The position numbers were made by a program, and so were the translations under genes. The notes under the pieces were generated by a model that was not told the DNA's origin, ran no database searches, and was given only the letters and a program-made list of their open reading frames with translations. A stretch of DNA of 60,811 bases, filler included, from Porpidia crustulata (Eukaryota), in assembly GCA_964255105.1 (NCBI GenBank). It is 5 parts of 5 records of this genome, joined end to end, with 100 filler letters (N's around TTAATTAATTAA, not from the genome) between each part and the next. Parts side by side here need not be neighbours in the genome. Positions count along the whole stretch, not along the records: positions 48,763 to 60,811 come from CAXUWE010000571.1; 4 more parts are not named here. One strand, written 5' to 3'. Position 1 is the first letter of the stretch. Every line of letters starts with the position of its first letter. Positions 48,763 through 60,811 of the stretch are shown in pieces.

Positions 48763-50240
48763 CATCCCCATTCCGTCCGCTCGACCTCCGTCTCCCTGTC
48801 CCGGGCCCGCTATATTCCTGCGACATGCTCGAGCGTGTGGACTGCGACACTGGGCTCGGGTGGAAATGAAATCTCGGACTTTCGGAACCAGGACTCAATG
48901 GTATTTGACTTGTTCTCGGCGTCTGACCCGGTGATCGTGGTTGATCGGTGGCAGCGGAGTCCTTGGGCATGATGCCTTGCCGACAGTGCGGACAGGTATC
49001 GTGTTCCTTGAGCCAAGCGCCGACGCACTCGCCGTGGAACCAGTGGGAGCATGGAAGCACGGTGACTTGATCGCCGATCTCGACGTTATCCATGCAGACG
49101 GAGCACTCAGCTTTACCGTCGGAGCCCATCATACTCTTGTCTGCTTCCTTTGTTGGTAGAGCGGCAATTGCGGCAGCCGAGGCAGGGCCGGGGGCGGCGG
49201 AGCCATTCTGGGCTTCCATGAACTGGGAGATGACGCGGTCGAGAGCTTCTTCCGTGTAGACTGCGTCGCCATGGGCAGCGTTGGCGGGATTCAGAAGTTG
49301 TGCGAAGAGTTGGAAAGGAGGTGCGAGTGTGGGGTCACCGGGGCCACGATGACCGTCTTGGTGCATGCCTTGCATATTCTGGAGTAGAGAGCCGAGAAGC
49401 CTGCCGGTTCGTGAGTGGATTTGTTCATTGAGTTCTCGAAGCTCGTTCAAGGAGTCTTGTACTGACCCTTGCAGCTGATCAAATGGCATGGCTTGGGTCT
49501 GGGGGTGATCTGCGTCTCGAGGTAAAAGGCGGGCTGTGCCCGTTATCGTTGTTCTGCCGCCAAAGGCTTGGCGGGGGCCACCTTCTTGAAGACGAGAGCG
49601 GTTAGCATGCGTGTGCGGATGCGGGTAGTAAAGCGCATGGTCGCGGCCGACAAAGTCCATAAAGGGGCTTCGGGAAGCGTGTGTGAAACCCGGAGAGTTG
49701 GGGGTACTGTGGAAGTGGGGGGGCCCACCTGGTGCTTGCTGATGACGTTGTGTACCTCCTTCGAACATTGTCGCAAATGTCTGAAATAGCGGGGGAAAGG
49801 GGTCGTCTGTACCCATTCCACGGGGTCTCGCACTCGGTGATGCTGAGCGGATCGAAGTACTCGAAAAGTGGATCCCTGGGCTCGGGTTCCATTCTACATG
49901 CTCAATATCGCTCTCCTCCGGATCTGCTGCTGCCCGCTCCCAGGGATGGTGGTGATGTAGCGTGTTGTGAGGAAGGCTGTCAGGGCTCACTTCTTCGGGG
50001 TCATCGACAAGAGAATCTCGTGGATCGTGGCCTTCTTCGATCTATGACTTTTTTAGCTATGCCATGCCATCAACGCTGGCAGTAGAGGTATCGAATCAAC
50101 CAGTGTCAGCCACTACTACATACCACTTCGACAAAATCAGACTGACATTGAGGACAACGTAGGCCATACTCATCCCGATGCCATTCGTTCTCACACTGGT
50201 GGCAAAACACCAGCTCTCGCGTTTGCCCGTTGCTCGCCAT
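48763..50240 (-). CDS. RING-H2 E3 ubiquitin ligase (RNF126/RNF115-like, N-terminal zinc ribbon), 3'-truncated by contig edge
   Basis: N-terminal VFCHQCENEW..GLRCPQCQSDFVE, then GDAVYTEEALDRVISQ and RING CSVCMD..LPCSHWFHGECVGAWLKEHDTCPHCR. Confidence 0.9.
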
Positions 50241-51229
50241 TATGAGTATGTTGAAGTTGCGTTAAGTTCAATACAAAGTGGTCTCCGCTGAGTGTATTTA
50301 CCAAAGCTACCTCAAGCCTGGGGTTTATGCGGGATAGCTAGCGGACAGGACTCGTTAAGGCTGGTGGAAAGGCGTTGCTGACTGTAGCATCAGGTTGTCA
50401 GCGGATACGCAGCGTGAACGCCGTAGTGATAGAATCTTAAAGTACGCCTTAACATGTAGAAGCGTCCAGTTCAAGGGTCTGTCACGTTTGCGCCGGGTAG
50501 GAGGTACTTTGTTTTCTGACGGTACTAGAGAAGTTGATGTGTAGGTGGAGGCGCCGGGCAATTGCGCTATAACTGAGCTAAACCATGAAGGTAGGGGAAG
50601 ATGTTCTGGATAGAGCGTACGGAGGGTGATTCAATGTAGATGGGTTGTGGCGAATGTGAAATGATGGATGAGGGTTTTCAGGTATAATGAAAGGTTGAGT
50701 TGTAAGTATGAAACGGTCAGCCTACATTGCTGAACCCTGACAACGTAGATATGACGCATGCGACGATAAAGAATTACTAATAATCCCTGTTAATTCCCAT
50801 TATGGATCATTTATATAGCATGTGAGCATGTGAGCATGTATTATGGAACCTGCCAAAATGCAGACTTTATTTGGAGTTTAGATTTGAGACAATTCACATT
50901 ACACACTGCAAAACTCTTCATGTACAGTAGGTAAGGAGGGCAATGGATCAAACCAGCAAACTTGGTCTCGTGTGCGAGTGGTTATGCTGGTAATTCTTTG
51001 ACCTTCTTTGACCTTCTTCCAATTTCTGTCAGTCCCACTCTCTGACTACTACGTACAAGTCCGTTCAGCACGGAAAGGCTACCAATCGGATTCACGAGCA
51101 TCTCAACTCCCGAAAAGCTGTTCAGGAGTGAACAGATGCAATTTTTCGACACTTGAGTCCGTAACTACGTGAAGCCTTCATATTACCCCTGACGCCTGAA
51201 CCATTCATCGAGCCAAAAAAAAGATACCA

Positions 51230-51872
51230 TCATCTCCTCTTGGTACCCCTAAAAAGCATGCCACCGACAACCCCAGCAGCTATTGCAACACCGCTCAAAA
51301 TTGCAACTCCCATCAACCCTTCCTTGGCCACTTTATCGTCGATTAAACTTCTCAGGCTACTTGCCTGCAAATTGGCCGGCTCGTGGTCCAGAAGAAGATC
51401 ATTGTATCTTCGTGCTTCCGCGTAGTTGCCTAGTTTATAATTTCCAAGTCCCAAGTAATATAGACACTCGCGCCTTCTCTCCGGGGCGTTTCGGAAGATC
51501 TCTGAGAGCAGACGAACTCCCTCTTGCTGTTCGTTACGAGCAGACGACTTGATCAGGCCCTGAAAAACTTCTGAGTGAGAGTACTACCCGTGTGGATCTG
51601 GCTACCGACCCATGCATAGTTGAATTTCGTTTGGACGCCGACGTACTCCCCTTCCTTTTCGTACTGGGCTCGAAGGACTTGGATCTCGTCGGGTTTCAAA
51701 GGGCTGCTCGCGATCACAGTCAGCATAATACGACGTTGATATACTCAAGACTTCGAATTTCACCTGTCAGCATCTGCAGCGTCTGGAAGAAAGAATGGTA
51801 TGTCAGCGGTATAATGCGTCATAATTTAGCCATATCGGGTAATGAAATCATACATGGTAGGTTTGAGCCCAT
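51230..51872 (-). CDS. FIS1: Mitochondrial fission protein Fis1, multi-exon
   Basis: [65 protein letters not shown], with a C-terminal TM anchor. Confidence 0.97.
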
Positions 51873-52136
51873 TTTGCAGGTGCTTAGATCCAAAGGCGTC
51901 CTGTGAAAGGTATGCGTAGGTATCTTGTAATATGAATGAAGGTTCGGAAGAGCCACAGTGGCGGTGCTATCAAGCTAATTTAGCTGCCTTCCGGGTGTGT
52001 AGGCCACGCGCCACGGTTGATCACTTGATTGTTTACATCAACAACAGCATCATCTATAGTCGAAGCGCATCAAATTGCGAAACCGCTTGCAAAATCCACT
52101 GCTCTTCAAGACGATTCACAACCGTTATCTCTTAAC

Positions 52137-52907
52137 ATGTTGCTCGATGAGGATCCGGCGACGGTGAGCCTACTGCCAACCTCGCAACTCATTGCAATCT
52201 TACTTACTACTTCGTAAAGCTCATCCACCATACAATTGGAAATTTTAATATACATCCAGACAAAGTCGCCATTGGCCGAATTAATGAGTCTCTGTCCACA
52301 CTCCAACAAGCCCGTGACCTACGCATTCGAGAAGCCGAAAGCGCGCTGAAGAGTAATCAGACAATTCAGACTCCTTGTTTGACTAATATGCTGATTTTTT
52401 CATGAGAGCTCTCACGAAATCTTACAATGTTAGTACAACAGCACAACGAGACGATCTCGTCTCACAGTAGTATGGACCACGCATCGCAAATTGTCGAGCT
52501 TGACACACAGAAATTCCGCATCGCAAAAACAGCTTCAGATCTCGAGATCGAGGGCGAAAGGCTAGAGCAAAAATTGGAGGGTCTTCAAGGTCGACTGCAG
52601 GAATTAGAAATCCAGGGATTAGAAGGCGACGAAGCAACGAAGGCAAAGCGGGAGATTGACGATCCCACGATGTAAGTCTAAAGGACCGCCATTCCAAGCT
52701 TCAACTGATTGATCATTAATTGCAATACCTTTAAGACTCAAACTCAAGGTCTACCGCTCACTCGGAATCGATGTGGAGACGGATAACGCTGGTAATTATA
52801 ACAAAGCGGTTATTCGGAATAATCAGAAAGGCGACGTTCATGTGGTCAATATCGATCCCAAGTTTTCGCAGTTCTTCTATGCCAATTATTTCTGGCAGAT
52901 GATGTGA
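52137..52907 (+). CDS. SPC24: Kinetochore Ndc80-complex subunit Spc24, multi-exon
   Basis: [67 protein letters not shown]. Confidence 0.92.
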
Positions 52908-53750
52908 CTTGTGCAGCTTTGAGAGGCGATGAGCGTTTGGCGTTGATTTTGCTAGGGTAGACCTACGGTAGTGCTACATGAGCAGGTTCTCGGCGGAAGG
53001 GATGCCTAGAGATCAGAAGGTTAGATTTAGCTAGGTCTGACTGCGATTATCATGAAAGTTCGAAGCAGAGTCCCGATCCGGCTTCCCCCAATATGGCTAA
53101 ATTGATAGCTGTCAGCTACCAGGCCCGAAGGAGAAACTCCAGACAAAATCTCATATATTATATACGGCTTCGTATGTGCCTAGATAAAACTTCTACCGAT
53201 ACAAAGTGATTTCGAGGTTGCAATCAAGATATGAGTTTGAGGAGTCACGTTCGCACTACCGATAATTGTCTGCTGGACAAGTCCATAATGTCCTAGTTTC
53301 TACCTTCATCATTGCCTCAAGTCTTTCAACGTCAATCATACAGTCTGCCTCTTTAGGGTTTCAGGTAGTACTTGAAGTGCTTTGAAACTGGCTGCAGTGC
53401 AAGGGGATGAGATGTATCCTTGCGATTATGCCTTCTGCATTTCGTGCTGTTTCTCCGCTGGGTTTGCTCGGTGTGCAAATGTTTCATACCATCATATCGA
53501 TATAGATAAGGATGTGGTTGTTCGTGGACCTTATCTACTTAGTGAGATCAACATCGACTGAGAGATTTTGAATATGATATGAATAGTAGCGATAGATAGA
53601 TTGCAAGAGAAAGTAAACCTATCGATGTATTAGTAGGGACTAGCGCCTACGAGGATCAACCGGCAGAACGTAAATCCGGCGCGGCTTGGCGAAACGAAAC
53701 GACGTTCTCTTTCGAGGTTTCTGGCGTACGGTGTTTTTAAAAGCAACAGC

Positions 53751-56156
53751 ATGCCTCGACACAGACCCGCAACTTCTGGCTACGCTCGGATAGCTCAAGC
53801 AGATGAAGAAACTGGATATAATGACGACTCCGACGAAGAAGGAGTTTCCCGTGTACCCCACACAATTTCTACTTCAGCTCCCCGATATGCCCCAATCCAG
53901 CCCCAATCTCACGGGCAGATGTACGCAAATCCTGGCGAAGCTATGGTGGGACATCACCGACGACCGAGCACCGGAAAGAGGCGCTTGCGAAGGAGTTCTT
54001 CCGGTGTGGACATCAAAGCGATCAATGCTCGGCTTGAGCGGTGGGCGGAAGAAATTGCCTCAAAATTCAAAATAAATAGGGTCAAGGGCAAGACAGATGA
54101 AGAAGAGCAATTGGAAATACAGCATTCGGTTTTCCAGCCTCCCGATGGTATGAGACCAGCCAGCGGGGAAACCCTCGCATCAGACAATCCAGAGGGCCAC
54201 GGGGATCGCTTTACAAAGATGGACTTTGATGACATTGTTGAGAGTGTGAGGGTAGCCATAGAACTTGGCGTTCACCCGAAGATGATATCTCAGGGAAGTT
54301 CAGGAAGTTACTTCGCCCGAAATAGTGACGGCAAGGTTGTGGGCGTGTTCAAACCCAAAGACGAGGAACCATATGCGTCAAGAAATCCTAAATGGACCAA
54401 ATGGATTCATAGAAATTTGTTTCCCTGTTTCTTTGGAAGAGCTTGCCTTATACCAAATCTTTCCTACGTCTCCGAGGCCGCGGCTTACGTTCTGGACACC
54501 AGACTCCAAACGCATCTGGTTCCATATACAGATATTGTGTATCTTTCTTCCAAGTCTTTTTTCTACGATTTTTGGGATAGGTCGAATTACTATCGAAAGC
54601 GCAAACCCTTTCCTGCCAAAGTAGGAAGTTTTCAAGTTTTTTTGAAAGGGTTCACGGATGCAAATATATTTTTACGAGACAATCCTTGGCCAGATCAGGC
54701 TAACTCGGGGTTTCGGCCTCAGGATGCGCACAGGAAAAAGAGAAGAAGCTGGGTTGGTACTTGTGGGCCGAATTCCACCGCCTTGGACGATGACGAGGAG
54801 GCAGCAAGTGACCTACGGTCAGCAGCAACTGAGGAGGACACGCCAGGGCGTAGATTTGTTTGGACGGATGAATTGCAGCAGTCGTTCCGTGAAGAATTAG
54901 AGAAGCTGGTCATCCTTGACTACATTATGAGAAACACAGATCGGGGTTTGGATAATTGGATGGTTAAAGTAGACCTGCAAAGTCAAGAGGTCTCGGTCAT
55001 TTCCGAGCCTCCTAAATTGAATGGTAACGGCACCACATCTACAGCCATTCTTGTGCCCAGGGATGACGAAGGTCTTGCCATGTCGAAGCCTTCGCCTTAC
55101 AAGCGCCAAGAGTCCATGGTCGCTAAAAATGGCTTATTGACCTCTCCAAGTACTGGTAATGGCCCGAAAATTTCCATCGGGGCCATTGACAATAGTTTGT
55201 CATGGCCCTGGAAACATCCCGATGCCGTAAGTCGTCCCCCTTCTGTTTAAAGATCTCAGTGCTAACCTTCGCAGTGGCGTAGTTTTCCGTTCGGATGGCT
55301 TTTCCTTCCAGTATCCCTCATAGGAAGGCCATTTTCTCTCAAAACTCGAGACCATTTTCTTCCCCTCCTAACATCCAAACAATGGTGGAGTGAAACTCAA
55401 ATGGCCTTGCGCCGAGTATTTAGTCAAGACTCGGATTTTCAGGAGAAGATGTTCGCCAAACAAATAGCTGTCATGAAGGGCCAAGCCTGGAATGTTGTGG
55501 AAACACTGAAGACGGCAGATCACGGTCCTTTGGAGCTGACACGACGGACTCGTGTGTGTGTTTGGGATGATCTTGTTGACATACCAGTTGCAATACCCAT
55601 GCGAGTACCATCAGCCGAGATGCGCCGCCAAACAGACTTGCAGAAAAGTATCGAAGAAGAAGAAATGGATATCAGTGCTGCCAACACATCAGCAACTGTA
55701 CCACAACATGACCTTCTTGGCTTATCTACCTCGCCTGCCGAGTTGCCCAACCCAAATCGCTTCGACTTATCTCGCCGTGGCAGTTATTCAGAACTTGTAC
55801 ATCTACCCGATGAGCCGGGAATACCCACCGCCGTCGACGGTGCAAGATATTCTAACTCTGAAGCGCGCGCGCCCAGGCTTAATAGTGTCAAAGCCCTTGC
55901 CAGACCAGGAACGGCAAGATCAAAGACGCGTTTAAGCTTCGAGGAACCTCGAAAATCGCCGGGTCTCAATAACCATCGCCGACGGTATTCTTATTCCGCG
56001 CGACATGGAAGCGCGTCATTTCTATACGATGGGGATGATTTGGAAGGGGACTTGGGTTATGCGGCAGCAGAAGGTATGGAAGGAAGCCAGCGAAAAGTCA
56101 TTGTTGAGAGGTTGGAAACCGTCAAAAGTAAGAACCCTGTGTTCTCTTGGTGTTGA
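53751..56156 (+). CDS. LSB6: Type II phosphatidylinositol 4-kinase, 1 intron
   Basis: ISQGSSGSYFARN, VFKPKDEEPY, CFFGRACLIPNLSYVSEAAA, LVILDYIMRNTDRGLDNW, AIDNSLSWPWKHPD|WRSFPFGW, KNPVFSWC. Confidence 0.95.
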
Positions 56157-56865
56157 AATATAGCGGGCCTGGGTACGTAAAATGGAGTTTCTATGCATAG
56201 CGTCGGCGTCTGGGGAACAGGATGAGCGTTTTGCATTATTCTTATGAGTCATCGGGGGTTTTTGTACTTGGGGGAATTCGACTTGTTCCATTCGGGGCCG
56301 ACTACCTTTCTTACTTTGCTGCATAAGAGATGTTGCTCCTTTAATCGCGCCACTCGCATGAAGCCTTTGATACCATGAATGAAGTTGGGGACTAGATAAG
56401 TTGTAGATAGTGTGTGTGTCGGGTAGCTTTGGGGGCTCATGGTCTGGCTTCAGTTCCACACGCTGTCTTATGCTATTTACATAGATTTATCTACCGGTTT
56501 CCAAAAATACCTATTCGGGACCACCGAATTTAGCAACTTTGTTAGTAGGCGCATTTGCATGTGATCATGCGGAGTTGGAGGAGGCTTAAAAGCTTAAATA
56601 TTAGCGTCAGATGCATGACATATCCACTGCCGTTGTTCTAGAAATTCTAGCGCATTGCAGATTAATGATCACCGCACTGTCAGTCAGCCCTACCACTCTT
56701 TCGGATGATCCGTAAACATCATTCACCTTCTTCGCCGATATGATCCGCAGGCACCATTCACTTTCTTCGCGGCTATGATTTCGGAGTCTAGCCCTGCCTA
56801 CTTTGATACCTCACACTCCCTTCCTTGCCACCTTCCATCTTGAGTCAACGATATCGTCCTCCATC

Positions 56866-59800
56866 ATGGACGGCAACAGCAACGGCTTCATTGTACCTAG
56901 GCAAGGGACGCGCAATAGCATGCCCTCGCCTACGGCATCTAATGGCGTGCCAATATCAAGGGCAATACTTACGGACCCGAGGGAGCTTAAGAAGCTTATG
57001 AATGGTACTCTTTTCTCCTTGAACTCTCACTCAAGCACCCCGCCTACTTCAATTCGGCACAATAGCGAGCCACCATCTCCTTCAATTTTCACAACCTCTC
57101 CTACTGTTCATATTTCTTCCTCTAAAGACGATGCTCACCAACCGAACGAGGTACAAGGCCACGGGAAGAAACACACAAAGGGGACTGTCGCAGAGCAATT
57201 GCCACCTCCTCGCTTTGATCCAAGAAAACTCCTCGACCCTAAGGGATTCAAGTCAAATCAACACCGTAATAACTCAGGAGTCGGCTCGGCTGACACAAAC
57301 TTGACGCAGCCTCCTCGACTCTCGCCTCAGCGGCAAATAATGGAGGCAGATTACACTAATGGACTGGGTAAACGTGGCTATGAAGAAAACTCTGGAGGAC
57401 AGGGGCAGAGTAGCCTCATTGAGCGAATGCACAATGTCACTGAGCAAGATCAGCCGCCGGTGAAAAAGCGCAAAATCGAGGAAGAAGATTTTGAAGGCGG
57501 TGACGACCAGAGAAAGGCTACGTTCAAAAGTGGAAAGGGCAGCGAACTAAGTGAGTACTTGAAAGAGAAGAGGAAAGAAGGAAGGGATACCTCGAGACCC
57601 ATCAATGCGGTCGTGGACTTGACTGGTGGGGATGACGACGATGTGGTGCTTGTTCGCGACAGTGCCGACAAAGAAGTCTGCTATGGACGCTTAGACCATG
57701 CAAAAGTGCAAGCTCATCTCGTCCCTAACCCGAGTCTAAAGTCCACCTTACTAGGACGGAACGACTGGCCTGCAATGAAAATCAAGCTACATCGGTTCCC
57801 CGGCAAAGATAATATTGTCCGTGTGCTTGACCCAGCTGGAAAAGATTTTGGTAACGTTGACGTAAGAACCTCTCTGGGATTGGCGCGGATTATGGACTCG
57901 AAGAACCCAAGGTTTCGTACTCAGGCTCGATTAAACCTTCGAAAGAGAAAGTTGGACGAGTATCCTGAAAAAGAGTGTTCAGAATATCTTGACATGACCC
58001 TCAATTTGTATGGGCCGAAGAGTTCTGCTGTAAAGATTGGCAGATTCCTCAGCCAAAAGCAGTTATACCTTCGTCCACCTTTCTCTGTGGATGCTGGCAT
58101 TGAAGTGTTCAACCCGCAAGTCCCTAATGATGCGCCAAGAACGAGCCTTCCTGGAATGTCAGCGGGTCTGACGACAACTGTCGGCTATGTCTCACGTACC
58201 GTTGAAGAGATTCGTAGCGATGTTATTGGAATGTTCGATTCGCTCGAGAAATCCGAGAATTTGCCCGAGATGGAGCCTGATTCTCGAATCACTACAAGCC
58301 TCCTGTCACATCAAAAACAAGGCCTTTATTTTATGACTACTAAGGAGCAGGAGCGCGTATTCAGCGACGATGAAGAAGGCAACAATTCTTTATGGCGCTT
58401 GAAAATTAGGCCTAACGGTCAGAGAATGTATTACAACATCATCACTGGTCACGAGGAACGAACAAAACCACCTGAGGTACTTGGAGGTATTTTGGCGGAC
58501 ATGATGGGCTTGGGAAAAACGCTCAGCATACTATCACTGGTTGTTGGGAGTCTTAATAAAGCTCAGGAATGGGCTCATCTAGCGCCACCAGAGAACACAA
58601 CTGATGTGCCTCTTGTTCGCAACTCGAAGACAACCCTCCTTGTATCACCAATGAGCACCATGACCAACTGGGAGGAGCAGATCACTGCTCACATCGCGCC
58701 GGGCACATTATCCTACTATGTGTATCACGGAACCAATCGCAATCAGGATATGGATTTCTTGTCCCAATTTGACCTTATTATCACAACCTACTCCACTGTG
58801 TCGAGTGAGATCTTCGGACGCGGAAAGAAGAAAAATTCTAGCGCGCTTGCCCAGATAAATTTCTTCCGAATTGTCCTAGATGAAGCGCACATGATTCGAG
58901 AGCAATCAACCCGGCAATCGCAAGCGATCTGTATTCTTTCGGCACAGCGGCGGTGGGCGGTCACCGGTACCCCGGTGCAGAACAGGCTGGATGATCTTGG
59001 AGCTCTGATCAAATTTCTCCGCGTCAAGCCGTTCAATGAGAAACATGGTTTTGCTCAATTTATTCTCAGTCCTTTCAAAAACGCAGACCCGGAGATTTTG
59101 CCGAAGTTGAGACTTTTAGTCGACAGCATCACATTGAGACGCCTGAAAGATAGGATCGATTTACCTCCTCGTCATGACCAAGTTGTTAGACTTCCGTTCA
59201 GTGAAGAGGAATTCATTTTGTACGAATGGTTCGCCAAAGACTCAGATAACAAGATGAAGATTATTGCTAGCGAAAACAAGAAGAGCCTGGGCGGAAAGTC
59301 TTATGTGCACATCTTGCGGGCTATCATGCGCCTACGGCTAATTTGCGCTCATGGTAGAGAGCTGCTAAGTGAGGATGACCTGAAGATTATAGAAGGATTC
59401 AGCATGAACAACGCAATCGATCTCGAAGACGAAGAAGAGAAACCAGTTTTGAATTCTCGTCAAGCATACGAGATGTTAATGTTATTTAAGGAGACCAATG
59501 GTGATAATTGCGCCCAGTGTGCGCGCAAGATCGGCCCAAAGGAGACTGATATGGAGAACATTTCTTGCAGTAATGAAATAATCGGTTATATGATGCCTTG
59601 CTATCAGATTGCCTGCAAAGACTGCTTCCCGGACGTCAAGAAATCTCTGGAACAGAAGGGTATCTCCACGATAGACATCCATGAGCGCTTTACCTGTCCG
59701 TACTGTGAACAGTACATGCGGACGTCCTTCTTCGAGCTAACACAACAAGGCATCGATAACGCAGAGGAAGAGAGACAGGAGGCTAGGGAGAATCCCAGAA

Positions 59801-60372
59801 AGGCCAAGATCATGGGCAGATACGGCGGGCCACACACGAAGACAAGGGCACTCATCGAAGCGCTCAAGCAATCCCATGTCGAGAGCCAGGCCCTCGACAG
59901 ACCCGTCAAAAGCGTGGTGTTTTCTGGATGGACGTCGCATCTTGATCTAATCCAAATCGCTCTCGAAGATAACGGCATCAAATTCGCTCGCCTCGACGGC
60001 AAAATGGCCCGCAACAAGCGCACTCAAGCCCTCGACGCATACCGCGACGACCCAGAAACCACCGTCTTCCTCATCTCCATCGGCGCCGGAGGCCTTGGTC
60101 TGAACCTCACCACCGGCTCCAAAGTGTATATCATGGAGCCCCAATTCAATCCCGCCGCCGAAGCGCAAGCCGTCGATCGGATCCACCGTCTGGGGCAGAC
60201 GCGCGAGGTGACGACGACCAGGTTCATCATGGAGCATAGTTTCGAGGAGAAGATGCTGGATCTGCAGCGCAAGAAGCAAAACCTCGCGGACTTGAGCATG
60301 AATCGGGGCAAGCTCGACAAGGCGGAGGCGGCGAAGCAGCGGCTAGAGGAGCTGAGGAGTCTTTTCAAGTAA
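56866..60372 (+). CDS. SNF2-family helicase/ATPase with inserted RING finger (Rad5/Rad16/HLTF-like)
   Basis: GGILADMMGLGKT, RIVLDEAH, WAVTGTPVQN, RING-like CAQC..PCYQIACKDC..CPYC, GGLGLNLT, QAVDRIHRLGQ. The first ATG is at 56866. Confidence 0.93.
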   Translation: MDGNSNGFIVPRQGTRNSMPSPTASNGVPISRAILTDPRELKKLMNGTLFSLNSHSSTPPTSIRHNSEPPSPSIFTTSPTVHISSSKDDAHQPNEVQGHGKKHTKGTVAEQLPPPRFDPRKLLDPKGFKSNQHRNNSGVGSADTNLTQPPRLSPQRQIMEADYTNGLGKRGYEENSGGQGQSSLIERMHNVTEQDQPPVKKRKIEEEDFEGGDDQRKATFKSGKGSELSEYLKEKRKEGRDTSRPINAVVDLTGGDDDDVVLVRDSADKEVCYGRLDHAKVQAHLVPNPSLKSTLLGRNDWPAMKIKLHRFPGKDNIVRVLDPAGKDFGNVDVRTSLGLARIMDSKNPRFRTQARLNLRKRKLDEYPEKECSEYLDMTLNLYGPKSSAVKIGRFLSQKQLYLRPPFSVDAGIEVFNPQVPNDAPRTSLPGMSAGLTTTVGYVSRTVEEIRSDVIGMFDSLEKSENLPEMEPDSRITTSLLSHQKQGLYFMTTKEQERVFSDDEEGNNSLWRLKIRPNGQRMYYNIITGHEERTKPPEVLGGILADMMGLGKTLSILSLVVGSLNKAQEWAHLAPPENTTDVPLVRNSKTTLLVSPMSTMTNWEEQITAHIAPGTLSYYVYHGTNRNQDMDFLSQFDLIITTYSTVSSEIFGRGKKKNSSALAQINFFRIVLDEAHMIREQSTRQSQAICILSAQRRWAVTGTPVQNRLDDLGALIKFLRVKPFNEKHGFAQFILSPFKNADPEILPKLRLLVDSITLRRLKDRIDLPPRHDQVVRLPFSEEEFILYEWFAKDSDNKMKIIASENKKSLGGKSYVHILRAIMRLRLICAHGRELLSEDDLKIIEGFSMNNAIDLEDEEEKPVLNSRQAYEMLMLFKETNGDNCAQCARKIGPKETDMENISCSNEIIGYMMPCYQIACKDCFPDVKKSLEQKGISTIDIHERFTCPYCEQYMRTSFFELTQQGIDNAEEERQEARENPRKAKIMGRYGGPHTKTRALIEALKQSHVESQALDRPVKSVVFSGWTSHLDLIQIALEDNGIKFARLDGKMARNKRTQALDAYRDDPETTVFLISIGAGGLGLNLTTGSKVYIMEPQFNPAAEAQAVDRIHRLGQTREVTTTRFIMEHSFEEKMLDLQRKKQNLADLSMNRGKLDKAEAAKQRLEELRSLFK

Positions 60373-60811
60373 GGAGAGGTCGAGGGAGGTTTGCGCAGGA
60401 TTTGCGCCGTCGTGAACATTTTCGAATGACCCAATGACGATGTTTTTTTCTTCAAAGATGACCCTTGATCGTCCTAGCGTTACAAATGCTTTGCCATCTG
60501 TCTATTTCCCTCTTGCCATTTGCGATTTCACCCCCTTTACACAAACAGTATTCTTAAATAAAGACCCCGCATCATCACGAAACGCCATGACGCATTGCTT
60601 TATTTTCCCCCTTTTTTTCCTTTTTCGTTTCCGCAATCGATGGCGACGAAGTGCTCGGGCTCATCTACGAAATTGCACGTTCTTCATTTCCTTTGGTTTT
60701 GGCGCGTCTACGATCAGGGCAGGGCAGGTCAGGCAGGTTATCTGGATTGTCCTGGATCTGCAAGGGGGTTTTGGCAGGATGGTTAGCAATGTAAATTTTT
60801 CTGAACTTTTT

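Noticed and set aside
57450..60455. Antisense ORFs inside the SNF2 gene (also inside WOPR, LSB6, DUF3645 and others)
   Set aside because: Shadow ORFs of real coding sequence on the opposite strand.

Overview
Eukaryotic DNA from a filamentous ascomycete (Pezizomycotina): short GT-AG introns with CTAAC branch sites and fungal gene families. The window is not one locus. It is five unrelated contigs of about 12 kb, sorted by length (12116, 12116, 12073, 12057, 12049 bp) and joined by artificial 100-bp spacers (44 N + TTAATTAATTAA + 44 N). Contig 1 (1-12116) is an accessory island with no recognisable housekeeping gene. It holds conflict/defence-type families, mostly decaying: BTB, OTT_1508-like deaminase, an intact IFI6/IFI27-like gene, a 5'-truncated DUF3645 gene, a possible PemK-like gene, a CDIN1/TPD-type nuclease with one internal stop, and an Mx-like dynamin remnant with unusual CC/GG depletion. 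Contig 2 has CRD1 and a WOPR (Ryp1/Wor1/Gti1-type) regulator with about 7 kb of gene-poor upstream DNA. Contig 3 has a HeLo-like::Rga-type LIM fusion gene, translin, RPL22, a Yox1-like homeobox, an OXNAD1-like reductase and a partial SET-domain gene. Contig 4 has a DHA1 MFS transporter, a short fold-back with a telomere-like core, a PD-(D/E)xK-like (DUF7924-type) gene and a degenerate hydrolase-NACHT-WD40 NLR. Contig 5 is core genome: RING E3, FIS1, SPC24, LSB6 and a SNF2-RING helicase. All family assignments come from motif recognition by eye; no database searches were run.
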